A stretch of 64,000 bases of DNA from Dehalococcoidia bacterium (lineage in GTDB: Bacteria; Chloroflexota; Dehalococcoidia; UBA2979). Positions 20,674 through 29,084 of this stretch are shown piece after piece (position 1 is the stretch's first letter; every line of letters begins with the position of its first letter). Made by a program: the position numbers and the translations under genes. The stretch is taken from assembly GCA_965219085.1 (NCBI GenBank), contig OZ244720.1:2912001-2976000 (forward strand), written 5' to 3'. The notes under the pieces were generated by a model. That model was not told the origin of the DNA. It saw only the letters and a list, made by a program, of their open reading frames with translations, and did not search any database.

Positions 20674-21480
20674 GTGACCACACCGCAACGATCTGCCGCA
20701 GTCCACGTTCACCGGGTCACGCCTGGCGCTCCGCGCATCAACCCGGCGCAACCGGCGCTCGACGCCGTCGCCGTCGAGGAGCCGCTCGAGATCCGGCTCG
20801 ATGGCCGCGCGCTCGCAGTCGTCATGCGTACGCCCGGCGACGACGCCGACCTCGTGCGCGGGTTCCTGCTCACCGAGGGCATCGTGCTGCGCCCATCCGA
20901 GGTGCGCGCCGTCGAGTTCGGCGACGATGCGGTCGCCGACGCGCGGCTCGCCGACGGCGTCGAGGTCGACATCGAGCAGTTCAGCCGCAACCTGTTCGTG
21001 TCCAGCTCGTGCGGCGTCTGCGGCAAGGCCACGATCGAGGCCGTCGAGTTGCTGGCGCCACGCGCGCCGCAGTTCGAGGTCCGCCGCGACGTCGTGGCGA
21101 CGGTGACCGACCGGCTGAGCGAGCTACAGCCGACGTTCGATGAGACCGGCGGCCTGCACGCCGCCGGCATCTTCGACCTCGACGGGCGCGCGCTGGTGGT
21201 GCGCGAGGACATCGGACGCCACAACGCCGTCGACAAGGCGATCGGCTCGCTCAGCGCCGAGGTCTGGCCGCTGCCTCCCGCGCTGCTCGTGGTGTCCGGG
21301 CGGCAGAGCTTCGAGATCGTGCAGAAGGCGGCGATGGCGCGGCTCGGCGCGGTAATCGGCGTCTCTGCGCCGTCATCGCTCGCCGTCGAGCTCGCGCAGC
21401 AGCTGGGGCTGCTGCTGGCGGGGTTCGCGCGCGGCGATCGCTTCAACGTCTACGCCGGCGCGGAACGCCTCGATGGCTAA
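20674..21480 (+). CDS. fdhD: Formate dehydrogenase accessory sulfurtransferase
   Basis: EEPLEI, MRTPG, SSCGVCGK, TGGLHAAG, REDIGRHNAVDK. Confidence 0.93.
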   Translation: MTTPQRSAAVHVHRVTPGAPRINPAQPALDAVAVEEPLEIRLDGRALAVVMRTPGDDADLVRGFLLTEGIVLRPSEVRAVEFGDDAVADARLADGVEVDIEQFSRNLFVSSSCGVCGKATIEAVELLAPRAPQFEVRRDVVATVTDRLSELQPTFDETGGLHAAGIFDLDGRALVVREDIGRHNAVDKAIGSLSAEVWPLPPALLVVSGRQSFEIVQKAAMARLGAVIGVSAPSSLAVELAQQLGLLLAGFARGDRFNVYAGAERLDG

Positions 21481-23740
21481 GCGCGGCGTGCGCCGCGGCA
21501 AACGGCTGCTCGGCCCCCGGAGCTGGGCGAGTGTCATCCCCAACGGGATCGGCTCGACGAAGCCGAACCACTACCTGGAGATGGTGAAGGTGGCGTGGGC
21601 CAACCGCCGCGAGCTGCCGTTCGCGTGGCGCATCCTCAAGGACGGCTGCTGCGACGGCTGCGCCCTCGGTACCAGCGGGATGAGGGACTGGACGATGGAC
21701 GGGACGCACCTCTGCACGGTGCGGCTCAACCTGCTGCACATGAACACGATGGGCGCGCTCGACCACCGGCTGTTCGAGGATCCGGTGACCCTGAGCGAGA
21801 AGAGCTCACGCGAACTGCGCGAGCTCGGCCGCCTGCCGTACCCGATGGTGTGGCGCGCCGGCGAGCCCGGCTACCGTCGCGTCTCCTGGGACGAAGCGCT
21901 CGACCTCGCGGCTGAGCGCATCGGCGAGACGGTCGCGAGCGACCCGGATCGCCTCGATATCTTCATGACCTCGCGTGGCATCACCAACGAGACGTACTAC
22001 GCGGTGCAGAAGGTCGCACGCTTCCTCGGCACCAACAACATCGACAACTCGGCGCACATCTGCCACGCGCCCAGCACGATGGCGCTCGAGCAGACCATCG
22101 GCTACGGCGCGGCGACGAACAGCTACACCGACTGGATCGGCAGCGACCTCATCGTGCTCGCCGGCACCAACCTCGCGAACAATCAGCCGGTCGCGATGAA
22201 GTACCTCTACCTCGCCAAGAAGGCGGGCACGCAGGTCGTGAGCGTGAACCCGTACCTCGAGGAGGGCCTCGAGCGGTACTGGGTGCCCTCGTCGCCGGAG
22301 AGCGCGCTCTTCGGCACGAAGATCCTCGATGACCACTTCGAGGTGCAGGTCGGTGGCGATGCGGCGTTCTTCACCGCCGCGCTCAAGCACCTCATCGAGA
22401 CCGACCGCGTCGACCACGACTTCATCGACGCGCATACGGAGGGGTTCGAGGAGCTGCGCGCGTACATCGGGTACCTCGACTGGGCGGAGCTCGAGGCGGG
22501 CGCCGGGCTGCCGGAAGCTGAGCTGCGCCGCTTCGCCGACCGCTACGCCGAGGCGCGCACGTCGATCACCGCGTGGAGTATGGGCGTGACGCAGCACGCG
22601 CACGGCACGCAGAACGTCTACGCCATCTCCAACCTCGCGCTCGCGATGGGGCGCGTCGGGCGGTCGGGTAGCGGGCTCAACCCGATCCGCGGCCACTCCG
22701 GCGTGCAGGGCGGCGCGGAGATGGGCGCCGTCCCGACATCGCTTGGGCTGGGGATGAAGGTCTACGACGACCGCGCCGCGGCCGAGTTCTCCGCCGCCTG
22801 GGGCTTCGAGGTCCCGCGCGGCCCCGGCCTCAGCGTCTCCGCCTCGCTGGACGCGATGCACGAGGGGCGCATCGACGTGCTCTACGCGCTGGGCGGCGAC
22901 TTCCTCGAGACCATGCCGGACCCGGCCTTCGTGCGCGAGGCGCTGTCGCGGGTGCCGGTGCGCATCTTCCAGGACATCGTCGCGAACCCGATGATGCTGC
23001 TCGAACCGACCGACGTGTCGATCATCCTGCCCGCCGCGACGCGCTACGAGACGCCGGGCGGCGTGACCGAGACGAGCATGGAGCGGCGCGTCATCTTCAG
23101 CCCGGAGATCCCGGGCCGCCGCGTCGGCGAGGCGCGCGCCGAGTGGGAGATCGCCACGGAGATCGCGATGCGGGCCGACCCGGCGCGTCGGGACCTCATC
23201 CACTTCGAGGACACCGAGGCCATCCGTCGCGACATCGCCCGCACGATCGCGCCCTACGGGCCCATCGCCGGCCTCGCGGCGAAGGGTGACGAGTTCCAGT
23301 GGGGCGGAGAGCGCCTGTGTGTCGACGGCGCGTTCAATACACCGGACGGTCGCGCGCGCTTCGTGCCGCCGCGGATCCCGGACGGCAAGGCGCCCGAGGG
23401 CTGCTTCGTCGTCTCGACGCGACGCGGCAAGCAGTTCAACAGCATGGTGTGGGACGACCACGACGCGCTGACCGGCGCGCGCCGCGACCAGGTCTTCATC
23501 TCCGAGGCCGACGCGAGCGCCCATGGCATCGAGGCCGGCGACCGCGTGCTGCTGCGCTCGGACACCGGTGAGCTGCGGGGCCGCGCGCGCATCGCGCGGC
23601 TGCGCGCGGGGACGCTGCAAGTCCACTGGCCCGAGGGCAACGTGCTGGTCCCGCACGGCGTCCTCGACCCCGAGTCGGGCGAGCCGGACTACAACGCCGT
23701 CTGCGAGCTGATCCCGCTCCGCGACGGCGACTCCGCCTAA
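21473..23740 (+). CDS. FdhF/YdeP family molybdopterin oxidoreductase
   Basis: CCDGCALG, GRLPYPM, GTNNIDNSAHICHAPS, RGHSGVQG, TRRGKQFNS. Confidence 0.9.
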   Translation: MAKRGVRRGKRLLGPRSWASVIPNGIGSTKPNHYLEMVKVAWANRRELPFAWRILKDGCCDGCALGTSGMRDWTMDGTHLCTVRLNLLHMNTMGALDHRLFEDPVTLSEKSSRELRELGRLPYPMVWRAGEPGYRRVSWDEALDLAAERIGETVASDPDRLDIFMTSRGITNETYYAVQKVARFLGTNNIDNSAHICHAPSTMALEQTIGYGAATNSYTDWIGSDLIVLAGTNLANNQPVAMKYLYLAKKAGTQVVSVNPYLEEGLERYWVPSSPESALFGTKILDDHFEVQVGGDAAFFTAALKHLIETDRVDHDFIDAHTEGFEELRAYIGYLDWAELEAGAGLPEAELRRFADRYAEARTSITAWSMGVTQHAHGTQNVYAISNLALAMGRVGRSGSGLNPIRGHSGVQGGAEMGAVPTSLGLGMKVYDDRAAAEFSAAWGFEVPRGPGLSVSASLDAMHEGRIDVLYALGGDFLETMPDPAFVREALSRVPVRIFQDIVANPMMLLEPTDVSIILPAATRYETPGGVTETSMERRVIFSPEIPGRRVGEARAEWEIATEIAMRADPARRDLIHFEDTEAIRRDIARTIAPYGPIAGLAAKGDEFQWGGERLCVDGAFNTPDGRARFVPPRIPDGKAPEGCFVVSTRRGKQFNSMVWDDHDALTGARRDQVFISEADASAHGIEAGDRVLLRSDTGELRGRARIARLRAGTLQVHWPEGNVLVPHGVLDPESGEPDYNAVCELIPLRDGDSA

Positions 23741-24363
23741 CCGCCCCCCGACGCGTCGAGGGCTGCACGCGCCCGCGCGAGGTCCTCGGGCGTGTTGAGG
23801 TTCACGAACGACCGGCCGTCCGGGTCCGCCTCGCGCCATACCTCGGGCGGCAGCAGCTCGGCGTCGAGGGTGTCGAGCATCGCGTGGACGGCGCGGTCGC
23901 CGGCCTCGATGCGGGCGCGCAGCACCGGCAGCGCCTCGCGCCGCCACGCCGAGCACAGCAGTTGTGGCCGCTCCTCGTGCACGGGCACGACGAAGCGCGC
24001 GCCCGCGCGGGCGCGCTCGGCGAGCAACCGCAGCAGCTCGGGCCGCACGAACGGGAGGTCGCACGCCACGACGACCGAGACGGGCGCCGAGGTCGCCTCG
24101 ATGCCCGCGAGGATGGCGACGAGCGGTCCCCCATCGGTGACCGCGTCGACGGTGTGGTGTAGCCGTCGCGCGGCCTGCACCGCTGGCGGCTCGCGACCCT
24201 GCGCGCTCACCACGACGATCTCGTCCGCAACGGCGTCGAGGGCGTCGACGACACGCTGCACGAGCGTGCGGCCGCCGAGCTCGATGGAGCACTTGTCGCT
24301 GCCCATGCGCTCCGAGCCGCCACCGACGAGCACGATGCCGGCGAGGGAATCCGTCCTGGACAT
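23737..24363 (-). CDS. mobA: Molybdenum cofactor guanylyltransferase
   Basis: LVGGGSERMGSDK, GPL, ACDLPF, NLNTPED. Confidence 0.9.
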   Translation of the reverse strand: MSRTDSLAGIVLVGGGSERMGSDKCSIELGGRTLVQRVVDALDAVADEIVVVSAQGREPPAVQAARRLHHTVDAVTDGGPLVAILAGIEATSAPVSVVVACDLPFVRPELLRLLAERARAGARFVVPVHEERPQLLCSAWRREALPVLRARIEAGDRAVHAMLDTLDAELLPPEVWREADPDGRSFVNLNTPEDLARARAALDASGGG

Positions 24364-24439
24364 AACGCACTCCAATGGGCCCCGCAGCGAGCATAGCCGC
24401 GAGGCGCCTGTGGTAGAACGCTCGCAGGAGGGATCGCCC

Positions 24440-25135
24440 GTGCCGGATACGCAGGACGCGCTGGCCGTACTGCACGACGAGATCGTCGCGTGCCGCGCGT
24501 GCCCGCGGCTCGTCGAGTGGCGCGAGCAGGTCGCGCGCGAGAAGCGCGCGGCGTACCGGGACTGGGACTACTGGGGCCGCCCGGTGCCCGGCTTCGGCGA
24601 CCCCGCGGCGCGGCTCGTCATCGTCGGCCTCGCGCCCGCCGCGCACGGGGCGAACCGCACGGGCCGCGTCTTCACCGGCGACCGCTCCGGCGACTGGCTG
24701 TTCGGCGCGATGCACCGCGCGGGGTTCGCGAACCAGCCCACTGCCGAGCACCGCGACGACGGACTCGCGCTCCTCGACGCTTACGTGCTCGCCGCGGTGC
24801 GCTGCCCGCCGCCCAAGAACCGCCCGACGACCGTGGAGCGCGACCAATGCCGTCCGTTCCTTGAACGCGAGCTGGCGCTGCTCCCGAACCAACGCGTGCT
24901 CCTCGCCCTCGGTGGGTGGGCGCTCGGCGTCCTCGCGACCGTTGAGGGGGTGCGCCCGCGCCCGAAGTTTGGGCACGGCGCGGAGTTCGAGTTGCCAGAC
25001 GGCCGCGTGCTGCTGTGCTCGTACCACCCGAGCCAGCAGAACACCTTCACGGGCCGCCTCACCCAGCCGATGTCCGACGGAGTCTTCGCGCGTGCCCGCG
25101 CACTCCTCGACGGCGCGCCCGTCGGCTCAGCCTGA
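24440..25135 (+). CDS. Uracil-DNA glycosylase family 5 (UdgB-like)
   Basis: CRACPRL, GLAPAAHGANRTGRVFTGD, YHPSQQNT. Confidence 0.9.
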   Translation: MPDTQDALAVLHDEIVACRACPRLVEWREQVAREKRAAYRDWDYWGRPVPGFGDPAARLVIVGLAPAAHGANRTGRVFTGDRSGDWLFGAMHRAGFANQPTAEHRDDGLALLDAYVLAAVRCPPPKNRPTTVERDQCRPFLERELALLPNQRVLLALGGWALGVLATVEGVRPRPKFGHGAEFELPDGRVLLCSYHPSQQNTFTGRLTQPMSDGVFARARALLDGAPVGSA

Positions 25136-25795
25136 CCCCAGGCCCTCGATGAACCGCACGACGGCCTCGGCGGCGCCGTCGAGGTTCGCGTCGAGCGTGT
25201 GGCCCGAGCGCTTCCGTGGCACGAATGAGTGGTCGCCGTCCGGGACCCAGTGCAGCGCGATGGCCGCGCTGAGGTCGTACGAGTCGACCTCGTCGCGCGT
25301 GGCGAAGCGGTCGCGCTCGCCCTGGCAGATGAGCGTCGGCGTGCGCAGCGCGGCGAGGTGGTCGGTGCGCAGCCGCTCCGGCTTGCCGAGCGGGCGGAAC
25401 GGGTAGCCGAGCACGACGAGCCCGCCCACGCCCGCCTCGTCGGCGACCATGCTGGCGACGCGCCCGCCCATCGACTTGCCGCCGATGACCAGCCGCGACG
25501 GGTCGCCGAGCGCCGCGATCACCTCCCACCACGCCTCGAGGAGGATGCGAGCGGCGTTCGGCGCGCGCCTGCGGCCGGTCGCACGCTGCACGCGCATGTA
25601 CGGGAACTCGAACCGCACGACCTCGATGCCCGCGGCGGTGACGCGCTCCGCGATGCCCGTCATGAACGGCGCGTCCATCGCCAGGCCCGCCCCATGCGTG
25701 AGCACGAGCGTCCACGCGGCATCGCCGGGTCCGTCGCGCAGCAGCTCGAGGGGTGGGCTCTCGGTCCGGCGGGTGTTCGTCGTGCTCGGGCTCAT
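25127..25795 (-). CDS. Alpha/beta hydrolase (KANL3-like)
   Basis: HGAG, GGKSMGGR, GERD, GDHSF. Confidence 0.85.
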   Translation of the reverse strand: MSPSTTNTRRTESPPLELLRDGPGDAAWTLVLTHGAGLAMDAPFMTGIAERVTAAGIEVVRFEFPYMRVQRATGRRRAPNAARILLEAWWEVIAALGDPSRLVIGGKSMGGRVASMVADEAGVGGLVVLGYPFRPLGKPERLRTDHLAALRTPTLICQGERDRFATRDEVDSYDLSAAIALHWVPDGDHSFVPRKRSGHTLDANLDGAAEAVVRFIEGLGSG

Positions 25796-25847
25796 GCGGT
25801 CAGGCTATCCTCGCGACGCAACTTCCGGTGCGCGAAAGGTGGCGGCG

Positions 25848-26588
25848 ATGCGGCTCGAAGGCAAGGTGGCGATGGTGACCGGCGCGGGATCGGGCATCGG
25901 CCGCGCGACATCCGTCACGCTCGCGCGCGAGGGCGCCGTGGTGATGTGCGCAGACCTCAACCTCGACGGCGCACGCGAGACCGCCTACGAGATCACGACC
26001 GCGGGCGGGGCGGCCGCCCCGCGGGGACTCGATGTCCGCGACGAAGACGCCGTGCGCGAGGCGCTGGAGGCTACCGTCGCCGACTTCGGCGCGCTGCACA
26101 TCCTCATCAACGACGCCGGGATCGGCGGCCGAGACCACACGTGGGACGACCTGATCGAGGTCAACCTCAACGGCGTCTACTACGGCCTCAAGCACGGCGC
26201 GCCGCTGATCGAGGCGTCCGGCGGCGGCTCGATCGTCAGCCTCTCCTCGATCCTCGGGCTGATCGGCATCCCCGGCACGAACGACGAGGGCACGGGGTAC
26301 ACGGCCTCGAAGCACGGCGTGGTCGGGCTCACCCGCGCCTACGCGCTGCAGTACGCACGCCGGGGCGTGCGCGTGAACTGCGTGAACCCCGGCTTCGTCG
26401 AGACCCCGCTCACCGCGCCGCTGTGGGACGACCCGGTCCGTCTCGAGCAGACGACCGCGCGGCACCCGATCGGGCGCCTCGGCCAGCCGGAGGAGATCGC
26501 CGACGCAATCCTGTTCCTGGTCAGCGAGGAGGCCTCGTTCATCACGGGCGTCGCGCTGCCCGTCGACGGCGGCTATACCGCACAGTAG
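25848..26588 (+). CDS. Short-chain dehydrogenase/reductase
   Basis: TGAGSGIG, YTASK, VDGG. Confidence 0.92.
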   Translation: MRLEGKVAMVTGAGSGIGRATSVTLAREGAVVMCADLNLDGARETAYEITTAGGAAAPRGLDVRDEDAVREALEATVADFGALHILINDAGIGGRDHTWDDLIEVNLNGVYYGLKHGAPLIEASGGGSIVSLSSILGLIGIPGTNDEGTGYTASKHGVVGLTRAYALQYARRGVRVNCVNPGFVETPLTAPLWDDPVRLEQTTARHPIGRLGQPEEIADAILFLVSEEASFITGVALPVDGGYTAQ

Positions 26589-26606
26589 AGCGTGGCTATC
26601 GTCGGC

Positions 26607-27110
26607 TCAGGAACGTTTGCCGAGACTCGGGAGGCCCCCCTGATAGGGTCGAGCGACGCGCTGTCGCGCCGCCCTAATAGCTCGGGCGCGCGACGACTCC
26701 TTACCGACTCTCAGTTCGTCGAGCCGGCGGGCAACCGCCTTGGCCAACGGGTCGGGGCTTGGTGGCTTCGAGGCTTCGGCTTCCCGGAGGACACTCACCC
26801 AGTTCTTGCGCTTCGAAGGTCGCGAATCCCGCGTTCGGGTCCTGAGCGATTCGATCCCGAATGTCTTGCGGGGCCGGGCCTTCCTCACGCGCAGGCGACG
26901 ACCGCGGAACAGCTGACGGTTCAGAGCAAGCATCGCCTTGTAGGCAGCGGTATCCGGCATCTCGACGAACGCAATCCCGCGTGGCCTGCCCGTCGCCCGA
27001 TCGGTCGGCAGGTGTGTACTCAGCACCTCCCCGTAGGGCTCGAAGAGCTTCCGAAGGTCGAAGTCGCTGGTGGCGTAAGGGAGATTCGCAATGTAGAGCC
27101 TCACGCTCAC
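26607..27110 (-). CDS. RRM RNA-binding protein with long basic C-terminal extension
   Basis: RNP2-like LYIANL, DRATGRPRGIAFVEM (RNP1-like), GRRLRV. AGGA/AGGT upstream of the GTG. It is hidden at the end of ORF 26607..28391. Confidence 0.8.
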   Translation of the reverse strand: MSVRLYIANLPYATSDFDLRKLFEPYGEVLSTHLPTDRATGRPRGIAFVEMPDTAAYKAMLALNRQLFRGRRLRVRKARPRKTFGIESLRTRTRDSRPSKRKNWVSVLREAEASKPPSPDPLAKAVARRLDELRVGKESSRARAIRAARQRVARPYQGGLPSLGKRS

Positions 27111-27226
27111 ACCTATCCTGTTGGCACGCCCGCCGAGTGCGTGACGCTCCCGACTCCGGCAGCAGCGTAGCACGCGTTGGCCGAGACCTCGGGCAGTCCC
27201 AGTCCGCCCCTCGTGCAGCTCCTCCG

Positions 27227-28546
27227 TCAGTCGAGGCGGCGCAGCAGCGGCGAGAAGGCGAGGAAGCCGAGGCTCATCACGACGAGCAGCGTCGCCATCC
27301 CGCCGAGCGCCCACTCCGCGCCCACGGCCTCTGCGATGAGCCCGATGACGAACGCGCCGAGCGACATGAGGCTGATCTGCGTCATGTAGATCGACATCAC
27401 GCGTCCCCGGTAGGCGTTCTCGGTGTACGACTGCAGCAGCACGTTGCCCAGCGCCTGGCGCCCCGCGCTGCCGACCCCGATGAAGAACATGAACGCGCCG
27501 CCGATCCAGATGGTCGGCGAGGCTGAGAACCCGACCAGGGCGAAGCCCATCACGAGGCCGCTCGCGAGCAGCATCAGACCTCGGCGCTTCGGGGGCAGCG
27601 AGGCGAGCGTCAGCGCGCCGATGAGCGAACCGACGCCGCCCACCGAGATGAGGACGCCCAGCTCTTCGGGGCCCCCGCCGAAGATCTCCTCGACGAACCC
27701 GGGCAGCATGAGCAGGTACGGCATCGCGAGGATCGAGATCACGAAGGTCATGATCAGCAGCACGAGGATCGTCGTGTCGCCGCGGATGTAGCGCAGGCCG
27801 TCGGCCATGCCGCCGCCGCTCGCGCTGCTCCGTGCCCGGCCGCCGGCCTCGTGGCGCAGGCGCACGGGCCCGAGCGCAGTGACGGCGAGCAGGTACATCG
27901 CCGTCATGATGAAGTAGAGCGCCTCGGCGCCGATCCAGGCGATCAGGAAGCCGCCGGCCGCCGGCCCCATCAGCCGCATCAGGTTCATGCCCGCCGCCTG
28001 TAGCGAGACGGCGTTCATGAGCCGTTCCATGCCGACCACCTCGGGCAGGATCGACTGCCTCGACGGCATCATGAGCGCCATCACCACGCCCTGGGTCGCG
28101 CCCGCCGCCAGCAGGTAGGTGAACGAGAGCAGGTCGGCGACGAGGAGCAGCCCGACGCACAGCGCGATGAGCGCGCTCACCGCCTGGCCTGCCTGCAGCA
28201 CGCGCTTCTTCGGGAACCGGTCGGCTATGACTCCGCCGTACAGCGAGAGCGCGAGCATCGGAATGGCGTTCGCCAGCCCGATGAGGCCGAGGGCTGCGAA
28301 GCTGCCGGTGAGCTCGTACGCGAGGTAGCCGCGCGCGAGCATCTGCATGTTCATCGCGCCCATCTGGCCGAGCAGCGCGAGGTAGAACCACCGGAAGTCA
28401 CGGTCGCTCAGCGACTCGAAGGTGCGCAGCTGGAATCGCCCCGTGCGGGCGGCGCCGGGAGCGGCTACCGGAGTGGTCTCCGCGCGGACAGCCTCGGCGA
28501 TCCCGGCGTGCGTCATCTCCGCGACCTGGATCGGCGAGGTGGTCAC
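27227..28546 (-). CDS. MFS transporter
   Basis: About 12 TM helices, GGVIADRFPKK motif A, YRGRVMS. Start uncertain (28516 or 28546). Confidence 0.88.
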   Translation of the reverse strand: MTTSPIQVAEMTHAGIAEAVRAETTPVAAPGAARTGRFQLRTFESLSDRDFRWFYLALLGQMGAMNMQMLARGYLAYELTGSFAALGLIGLANAIPMLALSLYGGVIADRFPKKRVLQAGQAVSALIALCVGLLLVADLLSFTYLLAAGATQGVVMALMMPSRQSILPEVVGMERLMNAVSLQAAGMNLMRLMGPAAGGFLIAWIGAEALYFIMTAMYLLAVTALGPVRLRHEAGGRARSSASGGGMADGLRYIRGDTTILVLLIMTFVISILAMPYLLMLPGFVEEIFGGGPEELGVLISVGGVGSLIGALTLASLPPKRRGLMLLASGLVMGFALVGFSASPTIWIGGAFMFFIGVGSAGRQALGNVLLQSYTENAYRGRVMSIYMTQISLMSLGAFVIGLIAEAVGAEWALGGMATLLVVMSLGFLAFSPLLRRLD

Positions 28547-28750
28547 GAGCGGTGTTCGCCCCGGCCGTAGCCCGTGCGGCGTGGCAGTTCGCGTAAAGGT
28601 TGGGTCACCCCGTGAGTGTAGGCGATGATCACCCAGCGTTCCGGTGAGCCTCCCTTCGCCGCGTGCTTCACGCGAGACGTTGAGCCCATAGAATGCCTCG
28701 AGGCCCCAGCGAGCCCGGATTCGGCGCGCGACGGGGACCGGGAGGTGGCC

Positions 28751-29044
28751 GTGGCTGACGTGCGCTTTGTCGGCAAGGCGATGGACGACCTCGCCGATGA
28801 CTGGCACTGGGTCGTGCTGCGCGGCGCCGAGGAGGTGGAGCCTCGGCTCTACCTCACCGGCCGCGTCGACACCGTGTGCGGCATCCTCATCTCGGATCGC
28901 CCGAGGCGCGTTCGGCTCTTCGACATGGGCGCGCCCGACACACCGACGTGCCCGCGCTGCAATGCCGACGGCCTCCCGCCGGGCCTGCTCGCCGACGTGC
29001 GCGAAGCTCTCGAGCAAGCCGAGCGGACGCCGGCCGAGGTGTAG
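28751..29044 (+). CDS. Small hypothetical protein, possible Zn-binding (WH...CG...CPRC)
   Basis: GGAGGT SD before GTG 28751; host-like codon usage; His/Cys/CxxC set. Confidence 0.5.
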   Translation: MADVRFVGKAMDDLADDWHWVVLRGAEEVEPRLYLTGRVDTVCGILISDRPRRVRLFDMGAPDTPTCPRCNADGLPPGLLADVREALEQAERTPAEV

Positions 29045-29084
29045 GCGGCGACCCGCGCGCGGGCGGCGGCGGTATACTGCGCGC

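Noticed and set aside
21473-23740. Selenocysteine formate dehydrogenase
   Set aside because: There is no in-frame TGA; the active-site region has Cys (ICH) and matches the YdeP-like subfamily.
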